DNA from: a virus
Strand: one strand, 5' to 3'
IMG/VR virus record: IMGVR_UViG_3300028831_000378
Coordinates: 1 to 64,000 of that record
DNA length: 64,000 nt
Below are positions 14,917 through 23,449 of the stretch, piece by piece. Position 1 is the stretch's first letter, and every line of letters begins with the position of its first letter. A program made the position numbers and the translations under genes. The notes beneath the pieces were generated by a model. The model was given only the letters and a program-made list of their open reading frames with translations, was not told the origin of the DNA and did not search any database.

Positions 14917-15422
14917 CGCTCGATCCGGAGGATGTCCGCGCGCTCGACGAGCGGATCGACGCGAGCGCGCGAGCGGTGCTCGCCGGCGCGCTGCGGATGC
15001 AAGCGACGACGCTGCGCACGCAGGCGGATCTCGCGGTGTCGATGGCGCGCACGCTGGACGCGCAGGCCGACGCGATCGAGGCGGGCCGCGAGCCGCTGCC
15101 GACGAGCCCGGTCCGGATGGTGGTCGTGCCGGAGGAGCCGGAGGAGGACGTCGAGCCCGAGCGGAATCCGCTGCTCGTGATGCCGGTGAAGCTCGGGTCG
15201 TATGGCACGGTCGACGGGGTGTTGCTGCCGCGTGACGGTGACGAGTTCACGCCGGCGATGGTGGAGTTCCTGGGGCTCTTCGACGACAGGCTGCGGATGT
15301 CTCCGTACTTCGTGCAGGCGATCAACGAGGCCGCGGATGAAGTGTGGTGGGCGGGCAGTGACGCGGCGAGGTGGGTGCAGCAGCGCGTGTATGCGCTGAC
15401 AGACGAAGCGAAGGGTGGGTGA
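14913..15422 (+). CDS. hypothetical protein
   Basis: GTG 14913 in a GTGA overlap. ORF-track frame. Confidence 0.6.
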   Translation: MTLDPEDVRALDERIDASARAVLAGALRMQATTLRTQADLAVSMARTLDAQADAIEAGREPLPTSPVRMVVVPEEPEEDVEPERNPLLVMPVKLGSYGTVDGVLLPRDGDEFTPAMVEFLGLFDDRLRMSPYFVQAINEAADEVWWAGSDAARWVQQRVYALTDEAKGG

Positions 15423-15979
15423 GGGTGGTGGCTGACGATGTGGCGCAGCACGTGAAGGACGCGCGTTCGCGTGAGGAGGGGCAGGTGTGGCTGGCGGGCC
15501 AGCGCGACGCGCACGCGAAGCTCGTGCGCGAGGAGTTGCGCCGCGCAACGGATGTGGGTGAGGCGTGTTCGCGGGCGCAGTTGCAGGCGGCGTGCGCGTT
15601 GGGCGCGGGTGATCTGGAGGCGGCGCTCGCATCGCTGCGTGAGGCTGGCGAGATTACGGAGGTCACGCCGGACGTCTTCGAGTTGATCACGGAGGGCGAG
15701 CGCGAGGAACGCGACGCGCTCGACGAGGAGGAGGTGGAGCGCGCTGCGGTGGAGGCCGGCGAGCCGATGACTCTGCCGGGCTCGGAGCGGCCGCCGGCGG
15801 GCGCACACCTCGCGCGGGAGGCGCGCCGGCCGTTCGCGGACCTGCTGGCGTCGCAGGAGACGACGGTGAAGCTGACGAAGGCCATCGCGGACGTGCTCGA
15901 CGAGGGCACGCTCGGCGCGATCGTGAAGGCCGGTGTGGCGGAGGCCGGCGAGCGGCCGTTTCGACTGGAGGTGGTGTAG
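15419..15979 (+). CDS. hypothetical protein (possible wHTH)
   Basis: GTG 15419 in a GTGA overlap. Internal start of ORF 15371-15979. Confidence 0.55.
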   Translation: MRVVADDVAQHVKDARSREEGQVWLAGQRDAHAKLVREELRRATDVGEACSRAQLQAACALGAGDLEAALASLREAGEITEVTPDVFELITEGEREERDALDEEEVERAAVEAGEPMTLPGSERPPAGAHLAREARRPFADLLASQETTVKLTKAIADVLDEGTLGAIVKAGVAEAGERPFRLEVV

Positions 15980-16552
15980 GTGCCGGTGCGTGAGGGGTGG
16001 AAGTTCGAGCAGACGCCGGAGGCGGACACAGACGAAGAGGGCGAGCACGCGTTCGTCGCGATCACGGCGCATACGCAGACGCCAGCGGACGCGTTGGCGT
16101 GGCTGGCCGAGCACGTCGAATCGATCGGATGGTTGCCGGAGGAGGAGACGTTGGCCGTCGATCGCGCGACGTTCGATGGGATCTACTGCAACATCGACGC
16201 AGGGGTCGTGGGGATGCTGCATGACCGGCTGGCGCTGCGGTCGCTGATCGTGTCGGGCCGTGTGCAGGCGTGGTGGCGGTTTGAGGTGTATGGCGCTCGT
16301 GATCTGAAGCCGGATGCGGATTTCAACGCGCGGATGCGGCGCCGCCATGAGGACCACACGGCTGAGCAGAAGCGGCGTGCGATGGAGTGGGGCGCGCCGT
16401 GGTGGTGGCACGCGAGGTTGCGGGTCGCGCGGCGGCTGTCATTGTGGGGCGCAAAGCTCGACCCGAAGGACCGGACGTCGGCGGCGTGGGTGGAAGAAGG
16501 GACGTTCACGGTCGTCGAGAACTTGCGTCGGCCGAAGGGCGAAGAGGACTGA
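15980..16552 (+). CDS. hypothetical protein
   Basis: GTG immediately after TAG 15977-15979. Confidence 0.6.
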   Translation: MPVREGWKFEQTPEADTDEEGEHAFVAITAHTQTPADALAWLAEHVESIGWLPEEETLAVDRATFDGIYCNIDAGVVGMLHDRLALRSLIVSGRVQAWWRFEVYGARDLKPDADFNARMRRRHEDHTAEQKRRAMEWGAPWWWHARLRVARRLSLWGAKLDPKDRTSAAWVEEGTFTVVENLRRPKGEED

Positions 16553-16875
16553 TGGCGCGGGCGACGCGGCAGGTGGGGACGCTTGCGGGGCCGGTGGCCT
16601 ACATCGACAGTGGGTGGACGCCGTGGGAGTGGCGCACGATCGAGGCGGCGATGGCGCGTTGTACGGGCGTCGGGCTTGCCGCGCCCGATCCCGTCGTCGA
16701 TCGTGCACGCGAGTCGCTGGCGCCGTTTGATCGGCCGGCGGTGGAGCGTGCGGTGGCGTCGGCGCTGAAGATGACGATCGACGCGCATGGGCCGATCAGG
16801 CGCGAGAACGTCGGGTCGGCAGCGAAGCGTGTGGTGTCGCTGCTGAAGGAGCAGCGGCGGGCGGGGCGGGGCTGA
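16552..16875 (+). CDS. hypothetical protein
   Basis: TGATG coupling. Confidence 0.55.
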   Translation: MARATRQVGTLAGPVAYIDSGWTPWEWRTIEAAMARCTGVGLAAPDPVVDRARESLAPFDRPAVERAVASALKMTIDAHGPIRRENVGSAAKRVVSLLKEQRRAGRG

Positions 16876-17090
16876 TGCAGGTCTACGTGCGGCTGTCCGT
16901 GATGTCTGATGACGGGCTGCCGATTCTGGGTGCGGAGGAGGGCGAGATGGTGGTGACGACGGGCGACGCGAACGTGAACGCCGATCGTGCGCAGCGCCAG
17001 CTCGACGAGGCGGTCGAGCGGGTGCAGGGGCGGATGCGTCGGCAGTTCCGGGCGTTCCGCGAGACGATCGCTGCGGCGGACGCGAGCTGA
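16875..17090 (+). CDS. hypothetical protein
   Basis: TGATG coupling at both ends. Confidence 0.55.
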   Translation: MQVYVRLSVMSDDGLPILGAEEGEMVVTTGDANVNADRAQRQLDEAVERVQGRMRRQFRAFRETIAAADAS

Positions 17091-17410
17091 TGGCGCAGTG
17101 GACGACGAACCGGCGTCGTGGGACGGCGCCGCGGAACCCGAGCATCATCGCGCACGAGCTGCGGTGGTCGATGTCGACGGGCCGGGCGGTGCGCGTGACG
17201 GACACGACGGGCAGGGTCCGTACGAAGCGTGTCGAGTCGCTGCTGCGCGATCCGATCCGCGAGGCGCGGCTGACGAAGCTGCGCGGTGATGAGGGGCGGC
17301 AGATGAGCACGCTCATCGCGACGTTCGAGGGCGGCGAGGAGCTGGCGGTGGATGGCGTGACGCGGGTGCAGTTGCCGCTCGACGGGACGACGGCGGCGTT
17401 CGGCGAATGA
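17090..17410 (+). CDS. hypothetical protein
   Basis: TGATG coupling. Confidence 0.55.
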   Translation: MAQWTTNRRRGTAPRNPSIIAHELRWSMSTGRAVRVTDTTGRVRTKRVESLLRDPIREARLTKLRGDEGRQMSTLIATFEGGEELAVDGVTRVQLPLDGTTAAFGE

Positions 17411-17574
17411 GCGCGCGTTGGCCGTTCCCGCGGGTGAGCGCATGGCTCGGGCTGGGCCTGTGGGTTGGCGCGGTCGGATGGGAGGTCGGCGACTGGCGCG
17501 TGGTGTTCATCGCGCCGGCGGCGTACGCGCTCGGGCGGATCGACGGGGCGCTGCTCGGGCTCTTCAGGCGATGA
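17407..17574 (+). CDS. small membrane protein (55 aa)
   Basis: ATGA overlaps at both ends. WLGLGLWVGAVGW...VVFIAPAAYAL. Below the ORF-track cutoff. Confidence 0.45.
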   Translation: MSARWPFPRVSAWLGLGLWVGAVGWEVGDWRVVFIAPAAYALGRIDGALLGLFRR

Positions 17575-17795
17575 CGGAACTGGCGCCGCACTACTACGTG
17601 AAGCCGACGCCGGGGGTCGCGAGCGAGGCGCTGCCGCCGACGTCGGCCGGCGAGGTCCGGATCCGGAAGCGGTGGCTGCCGGACGGGTGCGCTCGCGCGG
17701 GATGCGGGCGCCGACCGACCGATCCGATTCATCTGCGGCCGCCGGCAGACGATCCGCTGGAGGGGCTGCTCGCGCCTACAGGGACGAGCGGATGA
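17571..17795 (+). CDS. hypothetical protein
   Basis: ATGA overlap. Internal start of ORF 17418-17795. Confidence 0.5.
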   Translation: MTELAPHYYVKPTPGVASEALPPTSAGEVRIRKRWLPDGCARAGCGRRPTDPIHLRPPADDPLEGLLAPTGTSG

Positions 17796-17929
17796 CGCCG
17801 CTGCTCGCCGCGACGCTTGCGCTGCTGGGCGTGGAGGTCGTCCTGCTGGCGTACACGGAGATCAGCATGAGGCGCACAGCACGCGCGCTCGACGAGGTGG
17901 AGCGTCGGCTTCGCGGGCGCCGGCGATGA
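17792..17929 (+). CDS. small membrane protein (45 aa)
   Basis: ATGA overlaps at both ends. LLAATLALLGVEVVLLAY. Confidence 0.45.
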   Translation: MTPLLAATLALLGVEVVLLAYTEISMRRTARALDEVERRLRGRRR

Positions 17930-18150
17930 TCGAGGTGCAGATACCGGCGAGTGTGGAGCCGGCCGCGCTCGATCAGATCAAGGCCATCGCGAAGGCGCAT
18001 CCGGGCGAGCACGAGTTGCGGATCGTGCTCGTGAGTTCGAGGAGGATCGCCGGCGCGATGGTGCTCGGGCCGGAGTGGCGTTGCGATGGCGGCGCGCTGT
18101 GCGTGGCGCTGCTGGCGGAGTTCGGCGGGGTCCGGTTGCAGACGGGGTGA
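17926..18150 (+). CDS. hypothetical protein
   Basis: ATGA overlap. Its stop lies inside the next promoter dyad. Confidence 0.55.
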   Translation: MIEVQIPASVEPAALDQIKAIAKAHPGEHELRIVLVSSRRIAGAMVLGPEWRCDGGALCVALLAEFGGVRLQTG

Positions 18151-18197
18151 TAACTGCGCTATCGTGCGGCGTCTACCCGAGTTTGCGACATTGGAGG
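18149..18197 (+). promoter_or_regulatory. early-type promoter/operator plus leader, copy 3
   Basis: TTGCAG at 18136-18141 (-35-like, 18-nt spacer). Dyad GATAAC-tgc-GCTATC at 18149-18163. TATCGT at 18160-18165. TACCCGAGT at 18174-18182. GGAGG at 18193-18197 and ATG at 18202. Confidence 0.55.
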
Positions 18198-18201
18198 GGC
18201 C

Positions 18202-18849
18202 ATGCAGAAGAGCGAGATGGCGATCGGCGAGCTTCACGCGGTGGAGTTCCCGGCGGGCGAGGCGCACACGAGCCGCTACAGCGCATCGCCGGTCGTGAAG
18301 GCGACGGTGCTGGCCGTGGGCCTGGAGCGCCGCAGCCGCTACAGCAGTGACAAGGCGCGGAACGATGGCGTGCGGTGCCGGCTGGAGGCACCGATCCGCA
18401 CGATCGAGGGCACGAACGGGTGCCCGGGCGCGTTCATGGCGCGCGAGCCCGGGTTCGAGTTCGAGGTGCAGTCCCGCGACGTGCTGCGGCCGTGGGGCGC
18501 ATTCACGGGCTGCGTGAACGACGACGACGCGATGCAGGCGCAGCGTGAGGCGCGCTACGCGGTGCAGGACGAGCTACGCGCGATCTTTGAGCGGCTGGGC
18601 GCGCCGAAGGTCGAACTGGCGGGCGGGGGTGCGGTGTTCGCTGCCGCGGATCTGCTGCGGTGGCTGAAGCGCATCGACCCGGTGGACGTCGCGGAGCAGG
18701 CGATAGGCCTGTTCATGGAGGAGGTCGCGCGTCACGGTGACGGGCTGACGGGCGGCGTGGAGGCGCTGGCGAAGGGCTCGGCGATCAGCGAGATCACGCA
18801 GGGCGTCGCGGTGACGGACGTCGAGATCGGGGCGGGAGGCGAGGGCTGA
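18202..18849 (+). CDS. hypothetical protein
   Basis: First ATG after leader copy 3. Confidence 0.65.
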   Translation: MQKSEMAIGELHAVEFPAGEAHTSRYSASPVVKATVLAVGLERRSRYSSDKARNDGVRCRLEAPIRTIEGTNGCPGAFMAREPGFEFEVQSRDVLRPWGAFTGCVNDDDAMQAQREARYAVQDELRAIFERLGAPKVELAGGGAVFAAADLLRWLKRIDPVDVAEQAIGLFMEEVARHGDGLTGGVEALAKGSAISEITQGVAVTDVEIGAGGEG

Positions 18850-19526
18850 TGGCGTCGTCGAAGATGGACGCGAAGTTCGCGGTATCGCTGGCGTCGCAGG
18901 ACGCGCTCGTGAAGCGGATGGGCGGCCCGCCGGCGGCATGGGCGGGCCGGTGTCACGAGGCCGCGTTCGCGCTCGTGGCTGAGCTGGAGGAGATGGGCGT
19001 GGAGGGCGCAGCGCTCCGCCGCGGCTACTTCATCGGGCGCACGAAGCCGGGCGCGCTGTTTCACGAGCGGCCGGTGCAGCACTCGTGGGTGGAGTTGGCG
19101 GACGGGCAGGTGTGCGACCCGACGCGGTTCGCGTTCACGCTCGACGAGATGTGGCCGCTGTGGATCGGCCCGGCTGACGAGTACGACGTGGGCGGGATGC
19201 GGTCACAGGGCAGCAGCGGCCCGCCGCCGGACTGCGACGACGCGGAGATCGAGCTGAAGGTGTCGTCGGTCGACTACTTCGCGGGGCTGCTCGGGCTGCC
19301 GGAGGAGTTCTACGGCGAGGGCGACGACGGCGAGGACGGGTGGCTGCTGATCGGTCACGCGCAGGCGCATTGGTTGGCGCATCTGCCGGTCGTGGACGGC
19401 GAGGGTCCGGGCGTGCTGTCGCGGTTCTTCGCACCGGAGCTGTTCGAGGCGATGGAGGCCGCGAAGCTGAAGGTGCTGATCCCGATCGACCGTTGGGACT
19501 ACGTGATGGGAGGTCGGAGGCCATGA
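18849..19526 (+). CDS. transglutaminase-like / papain-fold cysteine protease (putative)
   Basis: Ordered Cys-His-Asp pattern: GRCHEAAFAL ... HSWVELADGQVCDPT. TGATG coupling. Confidence 0.55.
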   Translation: MASSKMDAKFAVSLASQDALVKRMGGPPAAWAGRCHEAAFALVAELEEMGVEGAALRRGYFIGRTKPGALFHERPVQHSWVELADGQVCDPTRFAFTLDEMWPLWIGPADEYDVGGMRSQGSSGPPPDCDDAEIELKVSSVDYFAGLLGLPEEFYGEGDDGEDGWLLIGHAQAHWLAHLPVVDGEGPGVLSRFFAPELFEAMEAAKLKVLIPIDRWDYVMGGRRP

Positions 19527-20068
19527 CGGGCTCGGCGACGTGCGAGAAGGCGGTGTCGTCGACCGGGCGGCCGTGCGCGGTGTGTCCGTGGCGACGCGCC
19601 AATCAGGGGACGCCGCATCCGCACGGCTTCTACACGAAGACGAATCTGCGGCGTCTGTGGACCGGGCTAAAGGCCGGTGAGCGGATGACATGCCATCCGC
19701 GTGATCCACGGATGGCGGAGTTCGAGGGGTACGAGAAGACCGCGGCGTCGCAGGCGACGCCGGAGTGCGCGGGTGCGCTGACGCTCGTGCAGCGCGAGTT
19801 GGCGAAGTTCGGGCACATCGCGAAGACGGTGGAGGCGGAGGGCGCCGATCGAAGCGAGACGCTGCGACGCTACCGGCGGACGTCGCCGGCAGCGATGACG
19901 CGTGAGGGGCTGGCGGAGTACCTGTACGCGATGGCGTTTGCGTCGAATCCGGTGACGGGGCTGCACGCGCCGGCGGTGTCGCTCGGCGATGCGGAGATCG
20001 GCTACGCGCCGCTTGGCGACTTCGATCCGGCGGCGTGGCCGCTCGGGCTGGGCGAGAGGAGGGCGTGA
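19523..20068 (+). CDS. hypothetical Cys-rich protein
   Basis: ATGA overlap. Contains CEK...CAVCPW...MTCHPRD. Confidence 0.55.
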   Translation: MTGSATCEKAVSSTGRPCAVCPWRRANQGTPHPHGFYTKTNLRRLWTGLKAGERMTCHPRDPRMAEFEGYEKTAASQATPECAGALTLVQRELAKFGHIAKTVEAEGADRSETLRRYRRTSPAAMTREGLAEYLYAMAFASNPVTGLHAPAVSLGDAEIGYAPLGDFDPAAWPLGLGERRA

Positions 20069-20607
20069 TGGACTCGACGGTGGCGGCGTTCGCTGATGGC
20101 GGCCCGTGGCGGGAGTCGGGCGAGGATGTGATGGCACGCGCTCGGGCGTACGTCGTGGGGCGGCACGCAGCGGAGCGCCAGAGCGCGGCCGCGGAGGAGG
20201 AGATGGCGCGGCGGAACGGGACGCGCGCGGGCACGCTGCGGGCGCTTGAAGTCGACGACGAGTTCGCCCGGCAGGTGTTCGAGTTCGTGTCCGCACGGCA
20301 TCAGGAGCGCCGCGCGGAGAACGCGCTCGCGGGGCTGCTGGGGTCCGGGAAGGCGGCGGCGCTCTGGAATGCGCCGCCGAAGTCTGGGATAGAGATGCCG
20401 GCGCCATTCGCACCCGTGGAGATCATGCGTTTCCGCGGCGGGTTTGTGACCGATGACGAGCTGCGCGAGATCGCTGATCTGCCCGACGCGCCGATCTCGT
20501 GGACTCCGCCGCCGCTGCCGCATCTGCCGACGTGGTGGCTGGCCGTGCGGCACCCGTGGGCGTCGCTGCGGGGGCGATGGCACGGGTGGAGGGCGCGGCG
20601 GTGGTGA
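20068..20607 (+). CDS. hypothetical protein
   Basis: TGATG coupling. Internal start of ORF 20035-20607. Confidence 0.55.
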   Translation: MDSTVAAFADGGPWRESGEDVMARARAYVVGRHAAERQSAAAEEEMARRNGTRAGTLRALEVDDEFARQVFEFVSARHQERRAENALAGLLGSGKAAALWNAPPKSGIEMPAPFAPVEIMRFRGGFVTDDELREIADLPDAPISWTPPPLPHLPTWWLAVRHPWASLRGRWHGWRARRW

Positions 20608-20906
20608 TCGACCCGACAGCGACGGAGCCGGGCTCGGCGGAGGGCCGCGCGATCGGCTGCATCTGCGATCCGCAACCTGCCGCGCCGGTGATCGGGCTGT
20701 TCTGCCCGCTGTGCGGGTGGCGGTCGCCGGAGGTGCTGGCGCCGGAGGAGTGGCTGATCGTCGCGGCGTGCGGTCTGTGTGGGGCCGATGCGAGCCGGCT
20801 GCGCGAGCGCAAGCGGTGGGACGTCGAGCCGGTCTGCCCTGCGCATGGCATCGCGGCGCTGCACGCGTGGCTGCTGAAGGAGGCGCGTGGTGGGCCGGCG
20901 ATCTAG
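20577..20906 (+). CDS. hypothetical zinc-binding protein
   Basis: Contains CICD...CPLCGW...CGLCG...CPAHG. The start is uncertain and overlaps the previous gene by 31 nt. Confidence 0.45.
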   Translation: MARVEGAAVVIDPTATEPGSAEGRAIGCICDPQPAAPVIGLFCPLCGWRSPEVLAPEEWLIVAACGLCGADASRLRERKRWDVEPVCPAHGIAALHAWLLKEARGGPAI

Positions 20907-21261
20907 AGCTGCCGGCGTCACGAACGCTGCGGTGCGAGCTGCGCGGCGTGCATGGCAGGAGCAGGATGACGAGGCGGCCGCGCTCGCGCAGCGCGTCTAC
21001 AACATCGTGCGCGAGGCCGAGCGTTCCGGCGAGGCCGGCGAGATTCATCCGCTGCTGTGGGCGCCGGTGGTCGTGGCGGCGGAGATGGGTGCGCAGGTGA
21101 TTGTGCGCGCGAACCGGCTGGATCCCAGGGTGGTGGATGACGTCGCGGCGTATCTCGTCGCGGGGCTGCTCGCGGGGGTGCAGGGCTTCGACTTCGAGCA
21201 CTTCGAGGCGTGGCGCAAACAGGCTGATGCAGTTGGACACGACGAAGGGAGTAGGGAATGA
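20887..21261 (+). CDS. hypothetical protein
   Basis: ORF-track frame with a GTG start. Confidence 0.5.
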   Translation: MVGRRSRAAGVTNAAVRAARRAWQEQDDEAAALAQRVYNIVREAERSGEAGEIHPLLWAPVVVAAEMGAQVIVRANRLDPRVVDDVAAYLVAGLLAGVQGFDFEHFEAWRKQADAVGHDEGSRE

Positions 21262-21590
21262 GCACGGCAACGCTGGAGCACGACGGGACGTTCGAGCGGT
21301 CGCTCGCGCAGCGGCTCGACGCGTTGAATCGCGCGAACATCGTGCGGGTGCGTCGAGCGACGCTGAAGAAGGATCTGAAGGCCGGACGGGTGGTCGTGGT
21401 TGACCTGATCGCGGAGCCGCCGGAGTACATCGACACGATGAAGCTGTTTGATCTCGTGCTCGCCACGCCGAAGTACGGGCGTGTGAAGGTGAACAAGATC
21501 CTGACGCAGTGCCGCATCTCTCCGTCGAAGACGGTCGGCGGCTTGTCGGAGCGCCAGCGTGACGAGCTGGTGCGTCTCATCCGTCGCTGA
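21258..21590 (+). CDS. actinobacterial IHF (mIHF/sIHF)-like DNA-binding protein
   Basis: ATGA overlap. LAQRLDALNRANIVRVRRATLKKDLKAGRV...LVLATPKYGRVKVNKILTQCRISPSKTVGGLSERQRDELV matches the mIHF layout by eye. Confidence 0.6.
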   Translation: MSTATLEHDGTFERSLAQRLDALNRANIVRVRRATLKKDLKAGRVVVVDLIAEPPEYIDTMKLFDLVLATPKYGRVKVNKILTQCRISPSKTVGGLSERQRDELVRLIRR

Positions 21591-21625
21591 TCGGCGACGG
21601 CAATCCATAGAGGGAAGAGGTGGGT

Positions 21626-22030
21626 ATGGCTCGTGTGTTGCAGCGGATGAAGCGGCTGCTGACGCTGGTGTCGCTGCTGCTGGCGTTCTTCGGTGTGAAC
21701 GTGGCGAAGAAGCTCCCGACGCCGGCGTCGGTTCTCGGCAGCTTGCCTGGCGCGGTTGCGCCAGCGCCGGCGCCACCTCCGGCGTTGCCGGCTGTCGCTC
21801 CGCCGGCGGTCGTTCCGCCGGCGCCTGCGGCTCCGCCGGCGCAGGCCGGTCCGGTGAAGCACGTCATTTCGTCGTGTGCGACGGGTGATGGCTATGACGC
21901 GGCGGGGCATCGCGTCGGCGTGTACGCGGTGTGCGTGGTCGATGGGATGCAGATGAACATCGGGACGTGGCCGAATCACGATCAGGCGATGGCGGGCATC
22001 CGCGAGTTCCGGCGGGTGCACGGCAAGTAG
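21626..22030 (+). CDS. secreted or membrane-anchored Pro/Ala-rich protein
   Basis: GGAAGAGG RBS then ATG 21626. Signal/TM segment LLTLVSLLLAFFGV, followed by a PAPAPPPALPAVAPP linker. Confidence 0.6.
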   Translation: MARVLQRMKRLLTLVSLLLAFFGVNVAKKLPTPASVLGSLPGAVAPAPAPPPALPAVAPPAVVPPAPAAPPAQAGPVKHVISSCATGDGYDAAGHRVGVYAVCVVDGMQMNIGTWPNHDQAMAGIREFRRVHGK

Positions 22031-22057
22031 CGCGAGCACGTCGTTCTGCCGGGCTGA

Positions 22058-22081
22058 CGGGCCGTCCTTCGGGGCGGCCCG
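22058..22081 (+). terminator. stem-loop terminator
   Basis: GGGCCG-tccttcgggg-CGGCCC after stop 22028-22030, followed by gTTcgcgTTcgggTT. Confidence 0.55.
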
Positions 22082-22095
22082 TTCGCGTTCGGGTT

Positions 22096-22136
22096 GATCA
22101 TCGTGTTATCATGTGTCGTACCCGAGTTGAAGGAGG
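22096..22136 (+). promoter_or_regulatory. early-type promoter/operator plus leader, copy 4
   Basis: Dyad GATCAT-cgt-GTTATC at 22096-22110. TATCAT at 22107-22112, then 6 nt, then TACCCGAGT at 22119-22127. GAAGGAGG at 22129-22136 and ATG at 22142. Confidence 0.6.
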
Positions 22137-22141
22137 CAGGT

Positions 22142-22357
22142 ATGGCGAAGATCAGCGCACGAGGTGACACGGAGCAGGCGCGGTGGCGCGCGAACCGCGA
22201 GTCGGCGAAGGGCGCGCCGTACGAGATCGTGCTGACGGTGCAGGGCCGGCTGCTCTACAAGGCGCAGCGCGGCGAGTCGTTCTCGTTTCGCCGGCGCGGC
22301 GAGACGCTGGGGACTGCTGGCGCGCAGGCCGCGATCTTCAAGCTGGCGCGCGTCTGA
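22142..22357 (+). CDS. hypothetical basic protein (71 aa)
   Basis: First ATG after leader copy 4. Confidence 0.6.
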   Translation: MAKISARGDTEQARWRANRESAKGAPYEIVLTVQGRLLYKAQRGESFSFRRRGETLGTAGAQAAIFKLARV

Positions 22358-22725
22358 TGTGGCCGTACGACGAGATGGATGATCCGACTGCGGAGCAGCG
22401 CGACGACGAGGCCGAGCGCGAGGAGCGCGAGGAGCGCGAGGAGGCGGCCCGCGATCGAGCGGACGAGCACACGCCGGCGCCGTCGCTGATGGGCAACGCG
22501 TGTCCGGTGTTCGGGCTCGTGTGCGACGGTGCGATCGGCGGTAGTGGTCGCTGCTGCCGGCAGTCGACACCGCGTGTGGTGAAGGAGGAGATTCCGCCGG
22601 GCGAGGGCGATCCGGTGATGGAGTTCTACCGGGCGCTGTCGGGCGCGAAGAGCGTGCAGTCGTGGCGCGTGGAGTGGGAGCCGATGTCCGACGACGCGAT
22701 TCGGGGCGGCAATGACCCGTTCTAG
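22357..22725 (+). CDS. hypothetical protein with acidic N-terminus
   Basis: TGATG coupling. Contains EQRDDEAEREEREEREE. Confidence 0.55.
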   Translation: MWPYDEMDDPTAEQRDDEAEREEREEREEAARDRADEHTPAPSLMGNACPVFGLVCDGAIGGSGRCCRQSTPRVVKEEIPPGEGDPVMEFYRALSGAKSVQSWRVEWEPMSDDAIRGGNDPF

Positions 22726-23449
22726 GCGCGTGCGATGGGAGTGCCCGAACGGTGAGCATCCCGCGGTGCTCGGGTCGACGAGGCCGCCGAAGGACGCGAC
22801 GGTGCGCTATTGCCTGCCGTGCTCGGCGGGGTCGTCGCGGCTGGTGGCGCGTGTCGCGCCGGTGCTCGAAGCGCAGCGGGTCGCGCGGAAGACGGCGCGG
22901 GAGGCGCGCGCGGCGTTCGAGCGCGAGCGTGATCGGCAGGCGCGCGCCGCGGCGCTGAGGGTCACGGTGCTCGACTACGGCGACGTGGGCGTGGTGACGC
23001 TCGACGTCGGCGAGTTGCTGGCGCAGGCGTGGCGGTCGAAGACGCTGCGCGACGCGGCGAAGGACTCGGGCTATCGCAACGGGCTCATGCTGCCGCAGGT
23101 GAAGGTGCGCCGCGGCGATCGCGAGCGTGGCCGGGCAGCTCGCGCGGCACGGCCGGGGAGCGGCCGCGAGCGCGACGCGATCTCCGGGCACGCGAAGACG
23201 CATCGCGGCGAGATCGTGCTGACGGTCGCGCCGGGGCTCGGGCGCGAGTGGCTGGAGGCGATCGTGGTGCACGAGGCGGCGCACTGCGCCTGCCCGGACG
23301 AGCATCACGGGCGCACGTGGCGCTCGACGTACATCAGGGCCATGCGCGAGTTGTACGGCGTGCGTGTGCTGAACGCGGGGCAGGCGACGTGGCGTCTCGA
23401 CGAGGAGATCACGCTCGCGCTGCGCGAGATCGGGAGGGCTGAGCCGTGA
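22712..23449 (+). CDS. SprT-like zinc metalloprotease (putative)
   Basis: HExxH motif in IVVHEAAHCACPDEHHG. N-terminal WECPNG...YCLPCS zinc ribbon. Confidence 0.55.
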   Translation: MTRSRRVRWECPNGEHPAVLGSTRPPKDATVRYCLPCSAGSSRLVARVAPVLEAQRVARKTAREARAAFERERDRQARAAALRVTVLDYGDVGVVTLDVGELLAQAWRSKTLRDAAKDSGYRNGLMLPQVKVRRGDRERGRAARAARPGSGRERDAISGHAKTHRGEIVLTVAPGLGREWLEAIVVHEAAHCACPDEHHGRTWRSTYIRAMRELYGVRVLNAGQATWRLDEEITLALREIGRAEP

